A stretch of DNA of 63,264 nt, counting the filler, from Pelomyxa schiedti (lineage: Eukaryota; Protista; Evosea), in the NCBI GenBank assembly GCA_020536535.1. It is 8 parts of 8 records of this genome, joined end to end, with 100 filler letters (N's around TTAATTAATTAA, not from the genome) between each part and the next. Parts side by side here need not be neighbours in the genome. Positions count along the whole stretch, not along the records: positions 1 to 29,302 come from JAHLWZ010000632.1; 7 more parts are not named here. One strand, given 5' to 3'. Positions 1 to 12,163 of this stretch are shown here, one piece after another. The first letter of the stretch is position 1, and each line of letters opens with the position of its first letter. Under the pieces are notes generated by a model that saw nothing but the letters and a program-made list of their open reading frames with translations, was not told the DNA's origin and did no database searches. The translations under genes and the position numbers were made by a program.

Positions 1-428
1 AAAGTGCCCCCTCACCGGCGAAGGGTCATCGTTGCCACTCCCTGATGAAGACGAATAGCTGTCCTCGTCGTGACACTGTGACATCTGCCACCCACGAATT
101 CAACAGAAAAACTTGATGGCATTCTGGTTGGAAGTGACCCAGTGTTTTTAATGAGGCGCCAATCATGACCTTCCCAATCATACATTGTTGGAGTACAGGA
201 GTCCCAAAACATTTGGGGGGTTCCTGTCACAGTTGAGAATGTTAAGCTTCTGGGAGTTGCCGAAAGGGGACTTGACCTTCCCCATCTGTTTTTCCAGGAA
301 CAACGAAAATCAAATCATCGTTTGTGTATCACATAAAATTTCTCGACCAACGAACAATTCGCCCCGGCGTGCTTGCCTCAGAGATCCTGACAGAGCTCAA
401 TCATACCAACCCCGTACGCCCATAATCG

Positions 429-768
429 TTGCAATGGGGTCCACTGCGTCTGGTCTTTTGTACACTGCGTTTGACGGTGTCAGAGCCGCCCTTTCGTGCT
501 ACAGTACAGTCCAAGTTGTTAAAATCAAGGATTGGAGATTGGCTTCAGNNNNNNNNNNNNNNNNNNNNNNNNNNNNNNNNNNNNNNNNNNNNNNNNNNNN
601 NNNNNNNNNNNNNNNNNNNNNNNNNNNNNNNNNNNNNNNNNNNNNNNNGTTGCAATGGGGTCCACTGCGTCTGGTCTTTTGTACACTGCGTTTGACGGTG
701 TCAGAGCCGCCCTTTCGTGCTACAGTACAGTCCAAGTTGTTAAAATCAAGGATTGGAGATTGGCTTCA
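429..768. repeat. Identical 120-nt duplicate on both sides of a 100-N scaffold gap (unmerged overlap)
   Basis: 429-548 equals 649-768 across the N gap at 549-648. Confidence 0.9.
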
Positions 769-2648
769 GTTCACTGGTTTGTGTGCATTGTCATTGTGGT
801 ATGTCGCTTTTTCGTTTTGTTCAATGCAGCCTGAATTCACTACCAAATTTGAATGAGTATGGCTCATTATTTGTTTTGCATTAGTTGTATATTGGACTTG
901 GTACAATTTTGATGAACAAGAGTTACTTGTTTGTGGAATCACCTGATGGCACCGTTCGGTTTCAACTTGACCCTGTAGGCTTTTTATTTTTCCCTCTTCT
1001 TAACACCTTCTTTTCACTTGGCTTATTTGACGTTTCTTTTCCCAGCCAGAATCCTATATGGATGCAGAGGATTTAGCCTATTGTTCTCAAAGCCCTCTGC
1101 CCCTAGCTAATTACACGAAGTACGACTGCGTTTATTGGGACGAAAATGAAGCCAGGTACTTCAAAAATACATCTCAAAAATTCCTAATAACGTCTTTCAA
1201 GGTTCCCTACAGTTGAGAATGATGCTATATCAATAACCACAAGAACAGATGCAGAATACCAAGTCTTACCTATTTCTCTTCCTAACATACTCTTATTGAG
1301 AGTATAGAGTCTCCCTGCCTGTGACCGTGAAGATAATGGTTGCCAATTTGAATCTATATCAGATACAATCACTCAATATATTGACGATATAGAACACTTT
1401 CAAGTTACCTTTTTTTGTATAAAAAAAATTTCTGTGACATGTCTCTAGGTAAGGATTGATCACAGCTTCTTTGCCTCACATGTTGGGATTGCCTCAAATG
1501 GCAGATTTGTGTGTCACTATTTTCTTTTCATTTTTTCCAGTATCTCACTACTGCAGTTGCATGGGGAAATGCTTGATTCTGATGGTAATAAGATGGATCT
1601 TGAAGAGTACCCAAATTGCATTGGACAACCAGGTGAGTGGGACACACTAGAAATTCAAACACTTCTTGAAGCTTGTGGTCATACCAGTCTTGATGATCCC
1701 TGTACCCTTTTTACTCAACGCTATTCTGTCTCATTCTTCACTACAGCACCTGCAAGCAGTGGAGATAGTATGCGAGATTCTGGAATTGTAATATACATGA
1801 CGATTACATACACAAACAAATACTCATTCAATTTGAACAACATCAAGTACTTTTTTCACTTTTTTTTTTTTTTGATTTATAAATGAAGGTACACTATCTC
1901 CGTGGCACTGCTTCCCTTGACGAAGTATAAATCTAGTGAGATACAATACAATGATGATAGAACAGAAAGATATGTTCAGGAGAGGTAATTAATTACTTAA
2001 GTAAAAAACCTTGTTGATTATGGAAAAAGGCACGCTATTCACGTTGTGGTACTATTCCAGAAGTCAAAATACAATATAATGTTTCTTCAGGCCTTTCAAG
2101 TTGGCACTCTATGTGAATTTAGCTTCACTGTGCTTTTGCTAACCGTACAGTTCCCCCTTTTTTTTCCCATCAATCTTCCAATTTTAAGTTTCCTTAGTTC
2201 ATTGGAGGGTTTGGGTTGATGGTATTCGCAACCACCATAGTTGATGTTCTAGCAACAACGGTACAATTTTTAAAGATTATTTTTTCCTTTTACACCTGCA
2301 GGTATTCCCAAATCACGCCATAATAGAGCTGGCAAAAACACAGACCACATGTGTTTTGACAGGTATCTTTTCAAGTTGCTTTCCCCATGTGATTCTTGCT
2401 TTCTACACCAGATAAGAAAAATGTACCTTTACTCAAGAAGAGACTCAACCAGGTTTCGTAGTTAAAACATGTAAACTACTCACTATTTTCCCAGTTCCGG
2501 CTGGATGTTGTTGAGGATGATGCTGCCCTGGATGATCTCAGCAAACCACTTACTGGTAACCTTGAAACATTCTGTCTATGTAGAGAATAACACATTTTTA
2601 GGGTCAGGCACAGAAAGCTATTGTACTCAATTTCCCAACATGATCTAG
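655..2648 (+). CDS. P2X-type ATP-gated cation channel (Dictyostelium-like), multi-exon
   Basis: N-terminus YSTVQVVKIKDWRLASVHW (YxT motif) then TM1; exons YLFVESPDGTVRFQL, CVYWDE, ITTR, IDHSF, RHAIHV; TM2 LLLTFIGGFGLMVFATTIVDVLAT. Exons joined manually across short GT-AG introns. The 3' end is approximate. Confidence 0.85.
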
Positions 2649-2875
2649 CACTAACAATTTCTAAGATTCTCCCCCTCCACCTGAGAACAGCTAAAGTAGA
2701 AACTTTGTGCCGCTGTGCACCCACAATCCCCCAAAACACAACGAGTTCCAGTTCCACTAAAAAACCAAAATTCGATCATTCTCGTCGTTTGAGGAGACGC
2801 GGTGAGACGCGTTGCTTGTTTGATTGTATTTTTTAAAAGCTCTTTGGGGCCGATCGTCGGGTGCACCAAGTTGGG

Positions 2876-5800
2876 ATGAGTGGCGTTACGACGCCGGGTA
2901 ACGCTGGCATCCAGAGTTCATGGGCCCTTACAAATTGGAACTGCGACTACCAAGTTAGTACTCGCTGCTTTTTTTTTTCCCCTGCCCATTTTTTCAGGCC
3001 ATTTTGGAGACTCCTGATTCTGAAGAAAAATTTAAACACCTGTTCCACATTTCACACGATTTTGTATATGGTGCTGTTCTTCCTTCAATGTACCATTTCC
3101 TCTGTTTGACTATTGGGATTAGCCTCTGTGTCATATGCCTCTGTCATAATATCAGAACTTGGAATTTCAAAAAAAACTATCAAGGCTTGTCTATGCCACC
3201 CAGTCCTTGGACTCATTTTGCTTTTATCAATAGCCAGTAGCTCCACGCAGATATCAGTGCCAAAACATTTTGTTCACAGTTTTGGATGATCCCATGCTCC
3301 CAAACGGAAGTTATTTGTATGGTGGCACATTACCAAATAATCAAGCAGCAATGAAAATGGGCTCCCACGATGTATCTATACTCTTTCGTGCCTCTCTCAA
3401 ATGTGACGAGTGTTCAGTTGAAAGGGATAATGGCGTGGGACTCCGCTGGAGTAGAGGGAATATGCTTGCCTCTGGTTCCCTTCTACTGTTTGCAGCAGCA
3501 TATTTTCTAAGAAATTGAATTATAACTAGATGGCTTTGATTGACTTCAAAGGATTCAGGGTTCTCGCTTTATCGGCTCTCCCAATTGACTCCCTGACTTT
3601 GAAGTATGAGCAATTACTGGATTGATGTCTTTCTAACATTTGCTTGAGGTATGGATCCCCTGATGGTGGCTTTACAGTCTACAACTTGGATCCCGAGCTT
3701 GATAGAAAAGTATACAGTGTTGCAGATAGTTTAAGAAATTAAAAGCGTAAAGATAGAGCAAGCAGCAAGTGAAATCAATCTTGCAAAGCACACAGGTTTG
3801 AATCAATGTTATTTATCTTCCAACTTCTTTATTAGTGAATAGCTCACCATTGTATGCTCCTGCTGACTTGGAAGGTCATAAAGCCCATGTAAAATTCATC
3901 TGAGCATTAGGGCCTCAAATTAAACAAAGTTTAGGATGGAAGATACTATCTGTGGGATTTCTCTCGAACTTTTCCCCCTGAAGAGCCTCCCACAGACAAT
4001 CCTTCCTGTGCTTATTACCAGCTCCTTAGACCTGAATTAGTGAAAAGTTGGCCAGTGCCACTTAGCAGTGATGCATTTTCTCCTTTTGACTCCGATGATC
4101 CTAATGCAGAATCACACAAAGATGGTACTTCATTTGTGCTAGTTATTCTTTTAGTTTTTCTTCCGCTTATCTTATGACCCTAGAGATAAGAAGAGTCTCA
4201 CGCCACTTAATGGGATTTGTCATACCCAGATTTTCTCATGAACTGGTTTAGCTGCACCTTTAACCTTCACCAATAGTAACACATCCCAAGGACGAAATTG
4301 TGAGGAAAAAGATAGGGTAATCTAATTCTTCGAAATCGCAACCCAATCATACCAGGGATGCAGTGCACACCAATGCTCTCATAGAGATAACATTCAATGA
4401 CCTTCGTCTGGTAGAAAAGATGCACAGGTGAAGTGAAAATTGAAATACCCCTATCTGGAACATGACAAAAAATAGAAATGGGATCAATCTACGTCACTTG
4501 GGCCTTGTTTACCAAAATGTGGAATATGAAATTACAAAGTAATCCGTGACATCCTCCCCCACCTTTTCCTACCTCAATTAGACTCTGTCTTCTCCTTGAA
4601 ATGACTGCAAGAATCACACGCCGATTTATTCAAGAAGAAGTAAACCACTATCCTGAGCAATACTTCACCCTAATTTTATCTTTCCACAAGCACATGGATA
4701 TCACTTCTTCTGTGCGATCATGTGAGGAACCATTCAAGGCCGTTATTGTCAAGCATCTTCAGTATATTATTAACAAAAAAGATGAGTTCTGGATGTCTGT
4801 TAAAGTTGAAATACAAAGTTGTCTCTTCCAAACTTTTTTCTTTCTGATGAGCTTTATAGAAAAATTTTGCCAAGGTAATGAACTGTCAGATTTCGACTTC
4901 AAGAATATACCAACTGGACCTCTTTGTAAAAGATTACAACAAATATCAGGTTTTTAAACATCTATTTGACTTTCCTTACAAAAATTTCAGGATTCACATT
5001 TAGTGCAGCTGCACTGAAATCACTAGGATATAATGAAACCTTCGAGTTTGTGGAGAGTGATATCGAGGCTATTTTACCTAGAGTTAGCAACAATAGATCC
5101 CACAAGAACTAATTGTTGTTCAGGTGAAGCATACCAATATAATAGATAGTTCTGAGGCGATGTGTCTTTTCTTAGCAGCTAAAAATAAGGTTGTTTCTAA
5201 TCGGTGTATGTAAAAATAATATTTTCTCAGAGAGGACCTACAAGCCTGAGACTGTTAGATCTGTGTTACCAAAAGTTTGAGCAGGCTCTTCTCCACCAAC
5301 CATACAATCATCGCAATCACTTTCTATGGGGTTGTGCTTTAGTTTATCAAGCCAACTGTATACCAAACAAGGTTAGTTTTAATAAAGGAATTGGAACCAC
5401 CCTTCATCTCATTGTAGGACTCAAAATCTAAGTTGTGGAAGCAGGCTTGTGAAAAATTTGAGGACTGCCTTAGTATAACCAAATCCTTTACAGAAGCGTA
5501 ACTCCCAATACATAATGATTTTTTTGTTTAACTAAACAATCTAAAGACGTTTCATGCTTGCTGATACTCTTTGGAAACTTGGGACTACATCTGTGACAGA
5601 AAAAACCTCTACAGAAGAATTTTATCAGAGGGATTTATGCCTGAAAAACGCTGTGCAAAGTTTGGTAACAGTTCTTCAAACAAATCCATCTATGCTCAAG
5701 TATGAAATTGGTTTTCTTTACTAATTATGAATAATATATCTTAAGGTATTGTGTTGACTTTCTGCATCATCAATATTTCTGGTGTTTGAAACTCACAGAC

Positions 5801-8800
5801 AATGTCAGTATTTTGTGCCATCTCCTCACTCTGTGCTCTGCAACCAAAGACTTGCTGTTAGCGTCCCATTTCCCTGCAAGGACACTCCCTCCAACCTCTC
5901 TCCAACTTGAAATACCCCCAATTACCAATACCCACAACTTCTACTCTGGTATTCAGCCCATGCAAATTGAGAATCCAGATGAGATGAAGTTGCATATCTT
6001 TTTTCTCCATGCAGAGTTGGCACTCAATGTTGCCCTGAGAAATAAGTTTGAATCAAATCTGGGGTCACAATCTGTCATCCAGGCTATCACAGTTTATTAT
6101 CTTCATTACTCTTTATGTATTTCATCGTTGTGAAGGACTTAATTGAATTAGATCCTCCTAGTGCAGCACTTTTTCTACAGCAGGCTCACTACTTGTTTGA
6201 GCAGGGAACTTTCAACGGTTATCTTGCAGGTACCTACAAGTCGATAGCTATTATAGACCTTTCTCAGCCTCATGGATCTACACTGTTTTGAAGACGATTC
6301 TGCCCTTGCCCAAGATTTTTGGAAATCTTTCGACTTCCATACAAAACTGTGCTGTTGCTCTTGACTTCTTGCAAGCAGAATGTTGTTTTGTTTTTATTGA
6401 AAATAAAACTTACTTATTTCAGTATCTGATTCGTTCTATCATTCTGCTGCTGATACCATTTTGCAACTCTACAAACTTAATCCTCTTGCCGCAACAAAAT
6501 ACCTCCGTAGCTGTTTACTTGTACACAGAAGTGGCAGAACAAGAATTTTGAAGTACATCTGACCTCAAACTGAGTTTGAACTGACTCTTCACCTAAAAAA
6601 AAAAGGATGGCTCTCTGCCACACATTGTTCGCCTCAGAAATTCTGGAAGTTATGGCATCTGAAATAAGCTATGATCTCTCCACCACCAACACCACAGATC
6701 CTATGCTCCTTCAACTTTCAAAACTTGCCCCTCACCTTCTCAAACTCAATATGTCCAATTGCACTTGCGTCACAGATGAAGGATTACCAGCCCTTTTAAC
6801 TGTATTTTGTGTTTTTTCTTTATGAGTTTCACACCGTTTAGCTCACTCAACTGGAATCTCTAAAATTGTGTGGATGCTATCAGTTGTCCTTGAAAGAATG
6901 TTGTTTTCCACCGTCACTAACAGAGCTTGATCTGTCTGGCTGCATGCCAATGTGCTAAATATCTCATTCATCCAATCGCCTGATCTGTTTTTCCAGTGCA
7001 GCTGACAAACTTTTGCGGCATATTGCCTACACTTGCACGAGATTAGAAACACTTTGCTTGAGCCAGACCAACCGGATTCTGCTTCCTACTATTCTCACCA
7101 TTTCGACTCTTCGCACTCTTTCTCTTCGGTGTTGTGGATTTATTTCTCCCTCTTCCATCTCTTTCTTGGAGTCTCCCCCACTCCTTTCACTCTCTCTTGC
7201 ACGCTGCCCAGAAATTGTTGATAGCCTTTCACTATCACTTCCCACCACGCTTCAGTCTATCGATTTTACTAGGCTCAAGCTGACAAGCACTGTGAAGAGA
7301 ATCTGCCAAAGTGATGCAAGCTCCACATTGACCTCCTTCAACCTCAGTGGGTGTACTCTGAATGACGAAACAGTACTACTGATTTCCCAAAGTTTGAAAT
7401 GCCTCAGGTTTTAGCATTTATGAGTGTAGGGTACCAATCAAAATCGCAGGCTACTTAACTTGAGCAAACAGACAAATATAACAACCACTTCTTTGGAGTC
7501 ACTCACTTCGCTGGAAAGCCTTTCATCTCTGGATGTCTCTTCAACTAGAGTAACAAATGATATACTAGAAAGCTATGGCAAGAGCTTCTCTCATCTGGAA
7601 TTTTTGAATGTGAATTCATGTCTCTTTTTAACCTGTATGACTTGTGCAACCACAAATCCGTCTCACTCTTTCTAAGACAGTGGTATCAAGGCGTTTCTAC
7701 AAGTATCCTCGGTAGAACTTCAATCACTCAATGTTGGTGGATGTGGTATTGAGAGACTCAACCCACTTCAAACCCACTCGAAGGTTCTTTTTTGTACACA
7801 CTGTGACTATTAACTTTAGCAGTTAACTGAACTTAATCTTGCACGCTCTTGTCTACTAGGAGCGGCTGTCGCAGAGATCGCAGTTTCTCTTCCCAACCTG
7901 GTTACCCTCAATTTTTCCCTCAACAAGGTTACAAGTATTGTCACTTAGAAAGCGTCAACTGACAATTGCAGTGGCACCACCTTCCTGTATATAGCTTTGC
8001 AGCCATTGGATTGCTCACGAACCTGCGTACTCTTAATCTCTCTACATGTCCGATAACAGATAACGTCTTTGGTCAACTGGCCTCCCGACTACTACTGCTG
8101 GAATCTCTTAATATATCATCTACAATTTTGACCAACAAGAGCATTTACAAGTAGGTAACTTTGCTTTATGTCGGGTTGGGACTAAGCATACTCTCCAGGA
8201 TAGCACGCTACCTAAGAAGTTTGAAGGAACTGGACCTGTCCCATAACCGATGCATGACAAGAGAAGCTTTGCCTTATCTCCATTACATCTCATCAGTATG
8301 GCAAAACACCACTCTCCAAAAAAAGTTTTTGCTTCTCATTCCTTACTAGTACGCAATCATAACAGCAGACCACATTGATCTCGGGTTACCAAAAAAAAAG
8401 TACGAAAATTTCACCAACCTAATTAATACCTTGTAGCAACGTGCGCGCAGCTCCTATTCCACTCAAAGCAGTCCGAACACATGAGCCCAAGTTTAACCCC
8501 TATTCAGTGCTGCAGAAGAAACTCATCACCAAGGACACTCTCAGAAAAATTGCTATTTTGGATCGAACTGGAACTACGGCCAACTCACAGTTGCAAAATG
8601 AGTTTTCAATTCCCTCACCACATTCGATCGTATCGGCGGATGATGCCAATTCGACTCCATCAATAGCAGGAATTGTTTTCCCTGAGGATGCCTCCTCAAC
8701 CCCACCAGCACTTCCCCCCCGTTTACCTCCACGTTTACCAGAGGCCACTGTCAATGCACCCAATTCAGAAACCAATTCGAATGAAACCCCCAGTGTGGAA

Positions 8801-9799
8801 CTCAATAATGAGGGCACTGATATGATACCTCTGGAAGAGGAACCAGATGAAATAGTTGATTCAGACCATGAAAATGACAACGACGAGGCAGGTGAAGGAG
8901 GCATGGATGATGGCTATGAAGATGCGGCCAGATCAATAGCAATGGCCATTGCCATGCAGAACGACGAAGCCGAAGTCACTGAAACTGTGGAAAAAGACTC
9001 GAGCGAGGGCCTATCAGTAGCCGTTGGAGAGAATGTCTCCCCAGCACGACTGGTACAGCGCCAGAAACAACTCAAGAAGCTGCAGCAGCAGCTGGAGCTT
9101 CAGTTGTCCCCTCTAGCCACACAAACAGGCACCAAATCGTCTCCAGCGCACTCGCCCGCCTCGATCCAGCCCAGCCCCGACCCTCCCGCGGTCATCGGCG
9201 ACCCCCAGGGGCTCCTCCCCAACCCTGGGGAGCCGGCCTCCCCCGCGTCCCCGGACCCCGACGTCCTGGTGCTGGGCATGCCCCCCGCCCCGCCGCCCCC
9301 GCTCACCACCCCGGAGCAGTACACCCACGCCCTCAAGCAGCCGCTCTCGGCGCCCCCCAAGTTCTACCAGCCCATGCCCGCTCTCTCGCCGCCGCCCCCG
9401 CTCCTGCCGCGGCCCCGCACCCCGCCGCCGGCCCCCCCGCCCCCGCCCGCACCGCCGCGGCTGGCACGCCAGGCGGCACTCCCGCCTGCCCCTGTGGCTG
9501 TGACTTTGCCTGTGCCGGTGCCTATGCCTTCCCCGCCACCATTTTCCTACACCATGCCCTCCCTTCCACCCCTCACTCAGCAGCAGCAGCTAAGGATTCC
9601 TCCTGCAATGCCGGTTGCCATTTCCCCCCGAAGTGGCTCTGAAACCCCACCAAAGTCACAATCCCCAGTTCCAACAGTTCCAGACACCAGCAGAGTAACC
9701 ACAACACCATCAGCATCAAGGCCGCCGGAAATGGTACAGCCCCCTGCAGTACCTATCTCGGTGCGGCCTACGTGTATAGCAAGACCGCGTCTACTGTAG
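2876..9799 (+). CDS. Clu-domain protein with C-terminal leucine-rich repeats and acidic/Pro-rich tail, multi-exon
   Basis: Spliced motifs PLMALIDFKGFRVLALS, YGSPDGG, DLEGH, DFSRTFPPE and LRPELVKSWPVPLSSDAFS are typical of amoebozoan Clu-domain proteins; Cys-containing LRRs at about 6700-8300; terminal exon in ORF 8441-9799. That all exons form one gene is inferred. Confidence 0.7.
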
Positions 9800-9888
9800 A
9801 AAAATGAAAAGAAACTGTTTCTTTTGAGAAGAAAGAAAGGAACAGTGATATGTCTATTGCGTTTTTATTAGGGTTCTTTGGGGCAAAA

Positions 9889-11630
9889 TCATACTCTTTG
9901 GCTTTGGTACCTGGGAAGAAAGGTAAGACGAAGGTTGGCTGAAGAAAAGTACTAAAAGGAATTTGGGGATCTTACGGGTACATCTGGTACATGCTGGAGG
10001 GATATGGTTGCCTAATTGGAATTAGGAAGACAATAAAGCTTTAGTGAAACATACCCTGGGGGAATTTGTGTGGTAGGTACAATTGATGGGAGTGCTTGCT
10101 GGTTCAGTTGTTGTTGTTGCAGTAATTGTTGTTGCTGAAGATATTGTGCCTGCTGGAGTTGCTGTGCTTGAAGTTGTTGATCAGGCAGGCTTGGTGGTAG
10201 CAATGTAGCAGGTTTATTTTGGGGGAGCATTGGGGGTTGGGAAAGGACAGATTTGTCACCAGAACCTAATGTAATTTCAGTGTTGTGTTGGAAATGGACC
10301 GCCCAGTTACCTCCAAAGAAAGAACTGAAAAACCCAGGAGGTGGTGGGCGTTCGGTTTTAGCTGGCTGTCCAACTAATTGTAATGGTGAGTGGTTACCGC
10401 CACGGCATGAAAAATACCCACCAACACTCTGAGAAACGACTTGAAGGGGTGTATGTGTGTTTCCAGTGTGAACTTGCATATGTTGTTGAATAGTGCTGGC
10501 AGTACAGACTTTTCCACAGAGGCCGCATATCTGGGCATTTATCAGAGAACTGTAACCATTGGTCTTGTACCATCTGTACTGTGGAAGCTGTTGTAGAGCT
10601 AGTTACGTTGGTAGGGGCCTTCGGTGGTTGTGTTCTATTGTTAGGTTGCTGCTGAGCAATGCGGTTCTCTTCTGCTTGAAGTTGTCTAGCAAGTTCCTGT
10701 GAAATATTTGAGACATATTAAAGCAGTGATTACTTTGTGACCTCATCAGAGGATGTATCATTGGCTGTGGCAAATGCCCTGGGTGGAACTGATTGGGACA
10801 GTGGATTGAACTGCTGAGGTGCCCTAGTTGTATTGGGGGATGGAGGCATAAAGTAAGCTGGAGGGGCAGCCGCCACTGGGGATTGAAAAGCAGGACTAGA
10901 AATATAGGAATTAGAGGGGAGGATGTGTGAAAGTGAAGTACGGTGCCAATTGGGTGCTATGCTGTTGCACCAGAGAAGATAGTGTGGCTATCTTCTGTTC
11001 CAGGGATGTCAACCTTGCTTCAATGGTCGAGAAACCACTGTTGCAAAACTCCTTCAACTGTTTTGTTGTTGGTTATCGAGCAAAAGATAAATGGGAAGAG
11101 AACGAAGATAGCGAGTGAGAATGTGTTGCACGTTAACTGTAAGGGAATTACTTGATCTAGATTGAAGGGCACGGCTTGTGGCGCCAGCTGGGGCTCAGAG
11201 TGTGTCTGCTGTACTTGAGGCTGTGAATTCGGCACTGGGTCTTGAGGCACGGTGGCCACGGGTGTTTGGGTTTCCATTGGTTGGCTTGGAGGGGGCGGCG
11301 GAGGAACGGCAGAACGTTCAGGCTCCGCAGGAGGAGCAGGTGGAAGTGGGGACAAAGGGGCGTAAGGGGAAGGAGTTGGTGAGATTGTTGTGGGATTGAG
11401 TGCTGGTGTAGTGGGGTTCATTGAAGCGAAAGAGAGCCCCAACAGTTGGTCAAAACTCTGGAGTGTGGTTGGTTTTATTATCATTGAGAGGAGTTAGCGT
11501 GAAGTTTGATGTTTAAAGCATAGATCTAGGCGTATCAATAATAAACGATACGTACTGTATGTTGACCGTAGGGCATAAGAGGTTGTGTCGCAGATGCCGG
11601 TAACCCTTTCGGTGCATCACTGTTGGCCAT
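9889..11630 (-). CDS. Pro/Gln-rich protein with DEELARQLQ (UIM-like) motif and a C2H2-type zinc finger
   Basis: Minus-strand exons give MANSDAPK, TSSDE|ELARQLQAEE and CGLCGKVCTASTIQQHMQVH. Boundaries approximate. Confidence 0.55.
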
Positions 11631-12163
11631 GTGGCGAGTTTGTTTTTTTTTTTGTTTGTTTGGATATCGAGCGGCTGAACTTTTTTTTCTTTTCCCCTCG
11701 TTTGTACAAGCCCCAAAAGAAATCACTGATGACACGTTTTCCCAGGAAAGTAATATCGTCTTTGGGGTGACTCTTCAGCAACATTCTCTCGGAATCAAAT
11801 AGTAGGAGTTACTGGGGGAGGCTCAGGGCACAGTGAATCAGGCGAATCTCAGATGGCTGTGGACTTTTTCCGCAGCTTTTTCCGGGTTGATGTGAACCTC
11901 CACGTTTTCCGGCTTATCCCCAAACATTTTTCTGTCGTTCCATCATCGAAGCGTCGTCGAAGAGTCGTTTCCACTACCCGGAGGGTCGGAATAGTCGAAA
12001 ACAACAGGGAAAAAAAAAGTCCATCACACCCCAGAGCCCCTGGTTTTTCTTTCCTTTCTCTGTTCCTTTTTTTGTTAATTTTTCCTTTATTATTGTTGAC
12101 ACAAGTTACCTGCGTGGTGTTTCGTGGGTTGTGTTGTATATTCATCAGACAAGTATATAACAA

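Noticed and set aside
3185-3240. GC-AG intron in the Clu gene
   Set aside because: An in-frame GT-AG alternative (3189-3240) works equally well.
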